Position numbers and translations under genes: made by a program. A stretch of 64,000 nt of DNA, from NCBI RefSeq assembly GCF_964355755.1, contig NC_092679.1:19823432-19887431 (forward strand). The letters are read 5' to 3'. The notes beneath the pieces are model-generated. The model was not told the DNA's origin, did no database searches, and saw nothing but the letters and a program-made list of their open reading frames with translations. Shown here in pieces: positions 1-48,700 of the stretch (the stretch's first letter is position 1; each line of letters opens with the position of its first letter). The stretch is from Antedon mediterranea (lineage: Eukaryota > Animalia > Echinodermata).

Positions 1-520
1 GTGAACAGCCTGGAAAGGCCACAGTTTTTATCCGATTCTCACCAAATTTGGCAACAATGATCTATGCCCCAAAAGCTCGGACGAGTTCGAATTTGAAGGG
101 AAAAGGTCATAGGTCAAGGTCACAACTAACAAAAAACTATTTTACTGCCTAGAGACCACAGTTTTTATCCGATTCTCACCAAACTTAGCCACAATGATCA
201 ATGATACATCATATAATTGTGGTTAAATTTTGAAGGGTCAGGGTCAAAGATCAAGGTCCACAAAAAGCTAAAAAAAAAGAAATAAAAAAATAATAAAAAA
301 AAAAAACCTCAGTGGGACTTGAACCAGCAATCTCAACTGTGAGAGGCTGGATACATAACCATTACACCACACTGTCATCCACAATTTTGTAGTGTGCAGT
401 TAACATATTTACACTTAGGACTAATAAAAAAAAATGTAAAAAAAAAATATTCAGGGGGCATTTTATGTAGAGGAATTTTACAGTAGGCGGAGGTTTGTAC
501 TCTCGGAGTACCCTCTAGTT
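1..520 (+). mobile_element. Helentron-associated element, 3' part, containing a tRNA-like segment at about 310-375
   Basis: Ends in aggcggaggtttgtactctcggagtaccctctagtt, matching the end of 32051-32767; duplicated cacagtttttatccgattctcaccaaa core. Confidence 0.65.
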
Positions 521-544
521 AATTAATATTTTCCTAATTATTTA

Positions 545-925
545 TTTATCTAATTAATAATCTTATAAATATTTGTTGTTGTTAAGCATTATCTATTCAT
601 TTTTATTTGGTGTAAAAAACATAATTATATTGATGAATATTTAAGAGTTATAATTGATATTTTCATAATTAATTATTTAACTAATAATTAATAATCTTAT
701 AAATATTTGTTGTTGTTAAGCATTATCTATTCATTTTTATTTGGTGTAAAAAACATAATTATATTGATGAATATTTAAGAGTTATAATTGATATTTTCAT
801 AATTAATTATTTAACTAATTAATATCTTATACATATTTGTTATTGTTTTTAAGCATTCTCTATTCTTTTTTATTTGGTGTAAAAAACATAATTATATTGA
901 TGAATATTTAATTTACATAATTAAT
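545..925. repeat. AT-rich tandem repeat, about 135-bp unit, about 3 copies
   Basis: Repeated taagcattatctattcatttttatttggtgtaaaaaacataattatattgatgaatattta. Confidence 0.85.
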
Positions 926-1582
926 AAAATCTCGTTTTGTTTTGTCTTGTATTCTATCATCATTTGTATATTGTCGGATGTTTACTGTATTTTTGTCTCT
1001 TTTCGAACGTGTAAAATGTAAAAATATTAATTTTGTAGTTTTGATGTCTTTAAAAAATACTGTACAAACACAATACATTGATTGTGTTAACATCTATTCA
1101 GCATTATATATCTACAAGTTTATTATATTGACTTCGCAAGAAACAGTTAAATAGGCTATCATAGAGAAACATGGTTGAAATCAGGTTGTCGACATGGTTA
1201 ACAACATCAGGGTCTTATATTCAATTAAACAATGAAAAATGATATAAAGAAATTTATACCAACATTACTTAGATCATAGAGGAATTACTCCATGCCAAGA
1301 ATTAGATTACTATATAATTGTTTTTATTACAGTACTTAATACCCCAAAGTATTTTTCCCTGACCATCATTGTTCAGCAAAGGTGTTATTGCAGATAAGTT
1401 TTTCCCAAATTCATATAAGCCGCTTGAGCATATTTTGAATTGGAACATTTACAATACTTAGCCTCTATCATTAAATAAGAAAAGAAGAAGAACAATAAGG
1501 CTATGTTCACACTAGAGAGGAATTACTAGCAGATCTTGCAGAGTTATAACTTGTGTTCACACTGTATAAAAATGAAATGATT

Positions 1583-1891
1583 GAATCAGCATTGTACATT
1601 AATGTGCCTACTGGTGAATTAATGTTGAACGCTGAGTAGAATCACAATTTTTGATTAAGACTAAGCTAGTACATCTTTGTGGTACAGTGTGAACACTGGC
1701 TCATGAGTAACAAATCATGACTATAGTATTCAAATCAGCATTGTACATTAATGTGTCTACAGGTATATTATTGTACAACGCTGATTGCAAGTTATGACTC
1801 ATTCGTACAACTCACAAAAATCAATTAGCATTATGCTAGTACACCTTTTGTCGTCTGAACACTTATTCATGATTAACAAATCATGACTATA

Positions 1892-1900
<9 letters not shown>
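1583..1900. repeat. Degenerate tandem duplication (about 150-165-bp unit) in the PKC 3' UTR
   Basis: aatcagcattgtacattaatgtg at about 1585 and 1734; aacaaatcatgactata at 1709 and 1875. Confidence 0.7.
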
Positions 1901-38844
<36,944 letters not shown>

Positions 38845-39245
38845 AATTGCACCGTATATATTTCAAAATATAGAAAATAAACGCAACTGTTAGTTGCAAT
38901 ATTCCCTTGCCAAATTTGGCACGGATTTGAAGGAATTCCAGATGAATTGCACTTTCGCTTTCATTGAAAATTCAAGCAGCCTACGCCTTACCAAGGGTAC
39001 ACCGTCTATCTATTCAACAAAAACATAAACCTCTCTAATAATATTTATCTGTATTCATAAATTGTATTACCAAATAAATTTTCTAAAATTCTAATATCAT
39101 ATACAAATAAATTACCACAATAAGATAATTAATTGTATTATAATTTCATTTGATAAAATGTTTATGCTAAACAATTCCGTGTTTAAAATGTAAAAGTGAA
39201 TTTAACTAAAAACTGTAATGGTACGAGACTACATTTTAAAACAAA
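38845..39245. promoter_or_regulatory. Probable shared bidirectional promoter and 5' UTRs of PKC and ISCA2
   Basis: Divergent ATGs at 38844 (-) and 39246 (+). A YY1-like AAAATGGCG overlaps the ISCA2 start codon. Confidence 0.6.
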
Positions 39246-40912
39246 ATGGCGACAGCCAATGTTTTGAAATTGTCACAGATCATCCATCGGTAAGATTACG
39301 ATTGCAAAGTTTCTGACCACTTTTATACTTGATTAAACTTTCAGATCGTATACGTAACTAATGTTAAATGATAATATTATATTTTTATATTGTTATATCA
39401 ATCGTTATTAACTCATAAAGGCCTAGGCCTAGGTAGATTTATTTACGATACTTGGTTCGGCCCACTCGATCCTCATTATTCGCCGGTGGTGGTGAGGGAT
39501 TGGGCCATTGGGTCTGGTGTTCCCAGGCCTAGCTGGACTATTTTGGCATATTATTGCATGAGCCTAGTCGTAGTTAATTGGTTAGGCTAAATACATTTTA
39601 TTTTGGTTTGAATCCCAATAAATAATTAAAATAATAATAAAAATAGGTCCTCTAGGCTCTGACGTTTTTGTGTAATTTGTTTGTATTTTAGTATTACTAT
39701 TACTATACTACATTACAACAGTAGCCTACTGTACTCTACTAGTACTACTAGGCCCTACTAGTCTTTTGGTTTCTTTTGTTTTATTTATAGAAATGTTTTA
39801 AAGACATTACTTGCAGTGAACAATACAGCGAGGCACACCACCATCGTTCGATCAACGGCAAACGATGCTACATCAAAGGAGGAGCAGGAGGAGAGTAAAG
39901 TCACCCTCAGTGATAGCTGTGTTAAAGTAATTCAACATTTGTGCTGCTTCTTTGCTTCAAAACATAAAATAAACTATCATCGATTTAATTGAAAATGTTC
40001 ATCTGGTTATTAGAAATGTTCTTTTTTCCCAAATCAAAAATTAGTATGTAAACTAACCTTGACAGTTTCGCTGGCCTGATCGGACAACTGCTTCAGAAGT
40101 AATTTAATTTAAATTCCAGAATTTCCGATATTTGGGAATGAAAATGATAGGTCTAATTCAATATTAACGCAATATTATTCTTTAATCTTTCCAGCAAATC
40201 AAGAAAATAGGGGCACAGGGACAACATTTGCGATTATCTGTTGAAGGTGGTGGCTGCTCCGGATTTCAGTACATGTTCTCATTAGAATCAGAAACTACAG
40301 ATGAAGATAGGTAAAGTGCCATGTCTATGGAGGGCAATTGCTGTCAAAAGTAAAACAACATTGACTCAGATTTCCTCAACAGCTCTTCAAATAAATCTTC
40401 AAATCAATTTCTCATAAAATATAGCCATAATAAACTTTAAAAGCACCATGCAAATATTCTATACACTGCATACCTGTCAAGTTGGAGACAGGGATATGTA
40501 CGAGATTTCCACGAAATGGTCGAGGTAGGCATTATGACAAAGCTCTCCCATGGATTCAGACATTATAATTGTACAATCTGCATAAACAGGTCAAACAGAG
40601 GCTTCTTGGTAACCATTAAAGAGAGTCTAAGCACACCCCACCCCTCCATCACAAATATTAAAAACTCTCTTAAACTTAATCAAGATATTATACTGTACCT
40701 GATGGAAACCTCACTACTTGATTTCTTCTTTCTGCAGGGTTTTCGAGAAAGATGGTGCAAAATTAGTTATTGATGAGATGTCGCTGGAATACGTAAAAGG
40801 GTCAGTCGTAGATTACCAAGAAGAACTAATCCGTTCAGCTTTCCAAATTGTTAACAACCCTATTGCGGAAAAAGGATGCTCTTGCGGCGCATCATTTTCA
40901 ATTAAATTTTAA
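39246..40912 (+). CDS. ISCA2: Iron-sulfur cluster assembly 2 homolog, mitochondrial (A-type carrier, HesB/IscA family); 4 exons, 156 aa
   Basis: Exons 39246-39289, 39791-39926, 40195-40310, 40738-40912; 471 nt, phases consistent. Motifs [36 protein letters not shown] and C-terminal [11 protein letters not shown]. The N-terminus is basic and presequence-like. Confidence 0.95.
40055..40100 (-). ncRNA. Degenerate hammerhead-like motif in ISCA2 intron 2
   Basis: ACUU-CUGAAGC-A-GUUGUCC(GAUCA)GGCCAGC-GAAA-CUG-UC-AAGG; one core deviation and one stem II mismatch. Confidence 0.45.
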
Positions 40913-41205
40913 ATAATCGTGGAAGATAGGTTTATAAAAGCTGCTTTATGAGAAAGCCTTTTAAAAATTAAATAATTTATAGGAGGATCATTGTTTATAT
41001 TAACCGGAGGTAACAGTCTTGACACGATGTATGTTTTACCTTATATAATATTGTCATATAAAACATTCAAATATTACAATCTAAAATGGCATTAACAAAC
41101 ATAATCTTGATCACAGTTTGTGTTGTACCATCTATTTAAAATACATATAGGGAAACATTCAAGTAATTTTTCTTTTGGATGATCCAAAGTCAAATAAAAA
41201 TTTTT

Positions 41206-41247
41206 ACTCTAGCTTTCGCTGGTCAACAACGCAGCTTAATCATGAGC
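41206..41247 (-). ncRNA. Minimal type I hammerhead ribozyme, A3-U8 core variant
   Basis: GCUC-AUGAUUA-A-GCUG(loop)CAGC-GAAA-GC-UA-GAGU; stem I GCUC/GAGU, stem II GCUG/CAGC, palindromic short stem III. Confidence 0.65.
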
Positions 41248-41519
41248 GAGTCTCTGTGACTTGGACTTGTTACCATTAGATCTCATATTTGGTATAGCGC
41301 CATCTATGGAACGTTCAGGTTTACTCAAAAGGGATTGTCGAGGTATCCTCTTTAGTAAGTTGAACAGAGATGACGGCGGATTGGAAATACCAAAACTGTA
41401 CAACAACTTACTAAAGACGATGCCCCGACAATCCCGTTTGAGTAAACCTGAACGTTCCATAGATGGAGCTATAGCAAAATACGAGATCTAATGGTAACAA
41501 GTCCAAGTCACAGAGACTC

Positions 41520-41560
41520 CCTCATGATTAAGCTGTGTTGTTGACCAGCGAAAGCTAGAT
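41520..41560 (+). ncRNA. Minimal type I hammerhead ribozyme, second copy, A3-U8 variant
   Basis: CCUC-AUGAUUA-A-GCUG(loop)CAGC-GAAA-GC-UA-GAUU; stem I is weakened by substitutions relative to the other arm. Confidence 0.55.
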
Positions 41561-42754
41561 TAAAAAACGTAAGTTTTATGAATTTTATTTGACTTTGGAT
41601 CATCCAAAAGAAAAATTACTTGAATACTATACAGAGATCCAGATGAACCTTTTTACTAAGGGAAACATATTGTAGGTTGTATCAAAATAATGGGCTTTGT
41701 ATAGATGTAAATATGAGATATTATTAAAATGTAACAAATTAAATTTGTAGTGATTAAAAATCATTTACTCATCGGGAAACCATAAATAAAGTAGAACAAC
41801 CTTATTAAGGGAACATCTTTAGGATCACCTGAATATGGGTTGGCTGTAGTCAAAAAAATTTTCACAGAAAACAATTCTTATTTAAAACAAAATCTTATTA
41901 ATGTTCTGGTTGTAACCCTCCCCCTATAAGTGGGTTTTACTGCCCAAATAATAATAATAAGCCTGAACAAATCCTGATAGACTCAAAACCGTACATATAT
42001 TTATTTCATAAAAAAATATAATAACCCTACCCTAAATTTAAATATCGTTCCACAAATTATGCTTATTGACCTTTTTTTTATAATATACACAATACACCAT
42101 AACAGCTAGGGTAGCTACAATATCTAAATTGCATAATCGTGATTAAACAAAAATTAAGTTTCCTCTACAGTTAAAACCATAACTATTAAAATGATAATTT
42201 CAAAATTAATTAATATTCATTATATTACCGGACGGTAAATGTTTATATACAGTATATAAAAGTATCTCTTTGGAGATACTGCTTTGAGAATTAATATACT
42301 GAAAGATGAGGGCGCATCGATTTGATTTCTGTTGCCTGTGCGTAGAACTAGTACTGTTCTGTACCATGCCGAGAGTGCCATTATCCAATCAAATTTACAG
42401 TTTACACAATACTGTGAAAGCCCCTGTGGTCTAATGGTTAGGACATCTGCTATCAATCAGAAGGTTTGCATTCATAACTTGTAGGTCTAGGCCTAGTTTG
42501 TTTAAATGTTGACAGTAAACAATTTTATATTCTCATGCATTCTCCACTTTGGACGGTACCATTATTATATTTACAGACAAAAGCAATACCAGAAGATAAA
42601 ATACATTGAAGATTCATTGCATCTCTGAATTTCTAAAACATTTCGTAAAATAGTTGAATAAATAATTAATATTAGTATTAAACGGTATTATATAATATAA
42701 AACTATATTTCAGATTTAGTAAAATTAATACTGAACCCATTACTTTTTGAAGTT

Positions 42755-45700
42755 TTAAAACAGACATTGGTTTCCAACTCGCCGTGCCAGTTCGCCAGTT
42801 CCTTGTTTTAGGTGTTCCACTTGAACAACATTTTTGAATTCATCTATGTTCACGTAACATCCCTTGAAATTTAAAAATAATACAATGGCTGAATGGTTAC
42901 ATTAAAACAAAATATTGGCTCAGGTTCAAGGCACACCTTGGACATACTGTAGTTATAGTGCTAGGAGTAGGTTTTTTTTCAGGTAAGGACTAGGTCCAGT
43001 GCACACATCTGGCTCATGTGCACTTTAAAAAGCCCAGTGCATTTTACAGAAACAGAAAAGGATAATCCTGGTGTTCTGGTCCACTTCCAGTTCCGGTCAT
43101 TTATAACTGCATTGGTCTAACCAAGGCAATCTAACAACAGGACACTGAGCTTGCCTTGCCAAGATAGCGAAAAATACCAATAGTACTGTACTATGTATGT
43201 ATTCTTCGTGGTGTGCAGTGTCTGTTAAACAGAACCACAGATAAACCCTTTGACCTCCAAAGCTCAGCATCCTGTTGTTAGAATGCCTTGGTCTAACAAC
43301 CCTTAGTGGTGTAATGCAGGGGGAAAAGGTCTCTGGTTTAGAAATCCTAAATGCCCTTCCAACGCTGTGTAGTTGCAATGGGGCTGCTCATGCTCTGAGG
43401 CCCCTTAAGAGTTATGGGCTAAGCCAGTTATTGCTCAAGCCGTTACACCCCTGACATCCCTGTTATGGAAACCATGTCCCAATAGCATGAAAAAGAACTA
43501 CACCAAGTTTCCCAGGAAATAGCAATATAGGAGATATATACTGTATATATACCCTTAAATGTCTCTTTCCTCCATTCAATTGAAATTCTCTTCTACCGTG
43601 CAAAACACGGCGATTGTTAAAGACAAGACATTGACCTGGGTGCAACTGGAGTTCCTTCTATAAAAATAAATATATAGTAAAATTATTTTAAAATTTCCTT
43701 ATTTATTCGACCAATCATACATTTACTAGTATAAATGAACTGCCTACCAAAACAATATTAGAGATTGTTACGCTGTAATTCAGATCAATGCGACTGTGCT
43801 GCATGAACAGCACCCCCTCAATATACTACAGAATGCTTACCTTAAAATTTGATTTCTTCAAAAGTTCAGCCAATCGTCTGTAAGCTCTGTAGTATGGAAC
43901 TACTTCATCCTATCAAAATGTAAGTGTGAAAAAATAAATCATAGTATCTATATTATAAGAGAGAGAGAGAGTATGTGTAGATTTCGCATAGTTTCCGCAT
44001 GCATCTATACACATGGGGTATCAAAATACTGGATTGTATTGTAGTGGGGTAGCACAACAACAGGAATTGTACTGGGAAGGTTTTAAAAATTGTTATTGAA
44101 AAATAATTAAAAGATTAATATAAAACAATTTTTCAGCTTCACATACTTCATCAACATGCAAGGCGCCTTCAAACTGTGGGGACCATGTCACTGCAGTTAC
44201 CTATAAAATAAAAATTAATTTATACATTTTTTATCCTTTTTTTTCTAATAGCAAGTACAGAATGGATAACTATAATTTTTTTTACATTTTTTTATTTTAT
44301 ACTCATCCAACAGCAAGTAACTCGCCAATTACAGGATGGATAAACTATTTTGTAATTTATCTTGCTTATAAACTAAGTCTTACTGTATTTGTGGCTTAGT
44401 GAGTGGATTTGAAAGAGTCGTGAGTTACAACCCTGGCACTAGGTCAGGATTGAACTCTGGACCTTGGGATTGGAAGGCAAGCACGTAAACCATCAAGCTA
44501 GTACCACATTTAATCATCATTTAAAAAGTGGAGTAGAAACTAGGTCATAGCACTAGGTCACTATTGAACCTTGGGGTTGAAAGGCAAGAATGTTACCCAC
44601 CATGCAACAGCTCCAATATATATCATTTTACTTACATGTTTTGTAACTGGATGAACATTGATGTGTGATCTTTGATATTGGAATGCTGCAGGATTTTCCC
44701 TAAGAAAACAAAATAACAACTTCAAGCACAAGAGAAACAGCAGTTAAACATTGTTAGCACAGTGTCACTATTTATAACACACATGAATGTATTCTTGCAA
44801 TTTGATTGGTTACTTTATGCATCATTTGGAATTAGCCATAACAGAAAAGTAATACTGTAAAGCCCAACTTTTTCGCACACCCTTTATTTTCGCGATTGAA
44901 TAACGATAAAAAGTTGCGAAATAGTTGGAAATGTAAAATCTCGAAAAGCTAGGGCCGTAAACATTTTGGGCTTTACAGTATCAAATGGTGATAATTCAAT
45001 TTTTCAACTCTGTTTACACTATCAAACTTTATGTGACAAAAAATGTGATGTGCCCAAATATGGTAGTGATATACGCAAATATGGTAGTGATATGACATCA
45101 TCATATCCATTTATGGGCACATCACATTCTGTTGTCACATAAAGTTTGATAGTGTAGATAGGTCTTTAAGAGATGGTATCACCTTTGCAACTCAAATAAC
45201 TAGAAATTAATTGTGTTGCTTTTCCAAGCCAGAATGAGTGTGTCATTTGGGAGAATGCCTTTTAGAGGAAGTGGAAGCATCGCATTTATAATACCTTTCA
45301 AAGTGCACTTTTTGAAACGTTGCAGGCACTCTGCACAGCGTGTCAAAATCATCAGGGAATTGTTGGCGTAGTTGCTCAACTACTTGAAATATATCAAGCA
45401 GAACGCTCTCACCTCCCACAACTGCGTCATCAAATCTTTAAAAAAAAGGTATGATTGATGATCAGGTTGTATTGGGTATAGAATCATTATAAACTGTTAG
45501 GGGCGCTAATTTTCCTTTGTGGGGACATAATTATCCATGTGCGAGTGGCTAACATGATTAATATTGAATACTGCAGATTGGAACATTTCATTATTACAGG
45601 AGGACACACCTTTATGCTACACGCCTTGATTTCCATTAGTTACCTCCGCCAAGGAGGTATATGTAATCGATCGCGCGTGTTTTAATTTCTAGCATATTTA

Positions 45701-48700
45701 TAATTGCAAACACTAGTTAAGATTTTCAAAAATAAGAATTTAAATGAGGTTACGCAAGAGATTAATAAACAAATCAATTTTACCTTATACAATGAAGAAG
45801 CTGTAGGCCTGGGACAGACTCATAGTAACTCAGGTCCATGTGGAAGTCTAACTCTACAGATGTATATGCAACATTAATTGGTTTATCTTCATTTTTAACA
45901 TCAAAATGCTAAAAACAATGTCATAATATATGTTTTAGTCTCAACAATTATAGGCAATGTCTTATATAAGTCAAAATATGCTCTCTAAAATGTTTGTTGA
46001 TTCATGCTTTGGTGACTATACTAGTACTAGGCAGGATGAAGTCAATAACAATTTCCTAAAAATTTGTAAAATGTTTCGTATAATTCCAAAATTCAATAAA
46101 TAGTAAATCATTTGTTTTCCTTAGCGCTTAATCTATGGGATTCTATAGGTGCCATAATTGTTAAAAAATAAATAAATGGTGATTTATTGTACTACAACTG
46201 GTAAACATGAAATATTTCATAGACGTCAACAAATTTTTTCCCCTTAATACCAGCACACTAATCCAACATGATAATGAATACAGTAAATAATTAACTTGTT
46301 AGTATTATCGAAGTAGTTTGATTAAAATCTTGACCAAAAAACATTAAAAAATAAAAAATAAAAAATAAATGTCTTCTCACAAAATAAAAATATTCTATAT
46401 ATTAGAAAAGTTATATTAGAGATATATTGTCCCTGTCCATTTTTTTATACCAATTGTACACTAGCTTACTGTAGCAAATAGACCTGTTTTATAATAATAA
46501 TAATAAGACTTATACAGCACACATATCCTCTAAAGTGCTCAAGGCGCTTGTGAAAAACCATGAAACATATTAACCTTAAACCTAAATACTATTGATAAAT
46601 TTGACAAAAACCGAAATAATAAAGACCAATCGAACCCACATCACTGCTTCCGTTTACCAGCAATTTAAAGCTCAGGTACAGGCATGAATTTTAAATATAA
46701 TATCTGGTTAATTGTACATAAATCAAATATTTGTAACAGAAATCAAGACGAAAAACCATGAATTTCCCCTAATATTGTCAAATACAAAATTTGGCAAAAT
46801 TCTGCCAAAAAGACTTTTTTTCAGTAGTTAGGTAGTTAACATAATGTAATAAAATGTCTGGTGACTCCCTAGAAGGTGAAAAAAGATGGTGGATATACGG
46901 TGGATAATTTTTGCTATAGATAGCATGAAAATAAAATTCTGAAGTTGAATAAAAATACAAGAAATGTAAAATTCAAGTTATATTACCTATATTTAGTCAT
47001 TTGATAACATTTTTTACCTCACTGTTTATTTTTCATAGCTTTTTAAAATGCCTCTCTACTTTCAAAATTTGTGTACAAAAGAATTTTACTGTGTAATTTG
47101 AACTATCAAATTGAACTGATATGAAAGTGCTAATTTTCAACAAGCTCCTGTAAAACAAATAAAATCCTAAAAATTATAAAACATAGGGGAAACTCGAAAT
47201 CGATAATTATTGGAATGTATGATCAATAGAAATTGTTTGCTCGCACCTGGCCTTTAAGGTGCATAGACCAGCTAGTACATAACTCACAGGTGTTCTCAGT
47301 GATGTGGGTGTCTAGCTAAACAAATTAAATCTTACAAATTGCCAAAAGGAGCCGACAGCAGATGTGTCTTAAGCGCACTCTTGAAAAAATAACACAAAAA
47401 ACTGTATCTACTTACAGCACCATAAAGAGTAGTCAGGACGCCTCCGAGTCTTTTAGCAATCTGTATAAAAAAAGAATAATTTAATACAATGTAGGAACCG
47501 TAATCATATTTTCTGGTAATAATTCCGTTAATACTTCTATTAATATTTCTATTAATACTTCTGTTAACTTTTCTGTTAATACTTCTGTTATTATTTCTGT
47601 TAATATTTCTGTTAATACTTCTGTTAATACTTCTGTTAATATTTCTGTTAAAATTTCTGTTAATACTTCTTTTAATAATTTTTTGTTAATACAGATAGTG
47701 ATACTGTAAGTGTAACATATGTAATAATAGCGAGGTTTCGATTCGATACAGTAAACAGGACAAATGCAGATAAATCTTCTCCTTTGTCTAACTGTCCCAT
47801 GAAATGAAAGCTTACTATTACAATCAGCTACACAGGTTTGTGAAAAGCCATTTATATTTTCCTGGGCACCTATTGTTATCTTTGTACAATGAATTGGTCA
47901 TTGTTATTAACTAAATGATATACAGTAATCCTAAGGCTATGTACCTCAATAACCTTATTTTCATCATTTTCAGTTGGGATGCCGTCAATCACAGTTACAC
48001 CGTACTCATTCAAAAATGTTACGTACCTACAATCAAAATAAAATAAAAGCCGAGGTGTATTTTTGTATTGTACATAAACATCACTTGTTTTAGTGGTAGT
48101 TTAGTATTACTTGGGACATTTTGATTAAATCCTGTTCAAGAATACATTCAATTAACTTTACTACAAGATTTAAAAAATAATAAAACAAAAATACCTCAGA
48201 AATGTCTTTTCACAAGACATGACCTGTTCAAAATCAAAATATTCTATGTTGCCCTATAATATAATTAGGAAAATATAAAAATAGATTGATAACTAGTTTT
48301 GGCAAAAATCAGGTACAGACAGCTGCTCCAATAAATTACACGCTAATGATTTGTATTACTGATTTAGATTTCCTCTCGCCCAATATTTATTTTTTATAAA
48401 CACATCAGGCACAGAACATGAATTCTAAACCGCCCGGTGGTGATATACTGAAATTTAATTATGGATAAAGATGACGAAATCTGTGAGGATTAGAAAAAGT
48501 CACCCTAACAGAGATTCGAACCCCGGAACCTTCTGCTTGATATGCAGATGTCCTAACTATTAGAGTTGTATACATGTACATGTTTTATGATGGACTATGA
48601 TTATCATATTTAAGCTGCTAGCAATGTCTTAAAGATGTATTGTCCCTTGAAACACAAAAAATGGAAAAAAAAATATTCTAAATTGAAATTGGCCATATCA

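Larger units (their letters stand above)
41157..41625. mobile_element. Penelope-like retroelement remnant with inverted pseudo-LTR arms
   Basis: Near-perfect inverted arms at 41157-41362 and 41404-41625. The plus strand encodes KLNRDDGGLEIPKLYNNLLK, resembling the C-terminal NRDxG end of the Penelope GIY-YIG endonuclease. Each arm carries a hammerhead motif. Confidence 0.85.

Noticed and set aside
41236-41491. Overlapping opposite-strand ORFs sharing MERSGLLKRDCRG
   Set aside because: A consequence of the inverted repeat; only the NRDDGG segment is a plausible coding remnant.
43395-43441. Minus-strand resemblance to the T7 terminator region (TGAGCAATAACT...ATAAC...GGGGCCTC)
   Set aside because: Gapped, partial match without the terminator stem or U-tract and no other vector sequence; treated as coincidence.
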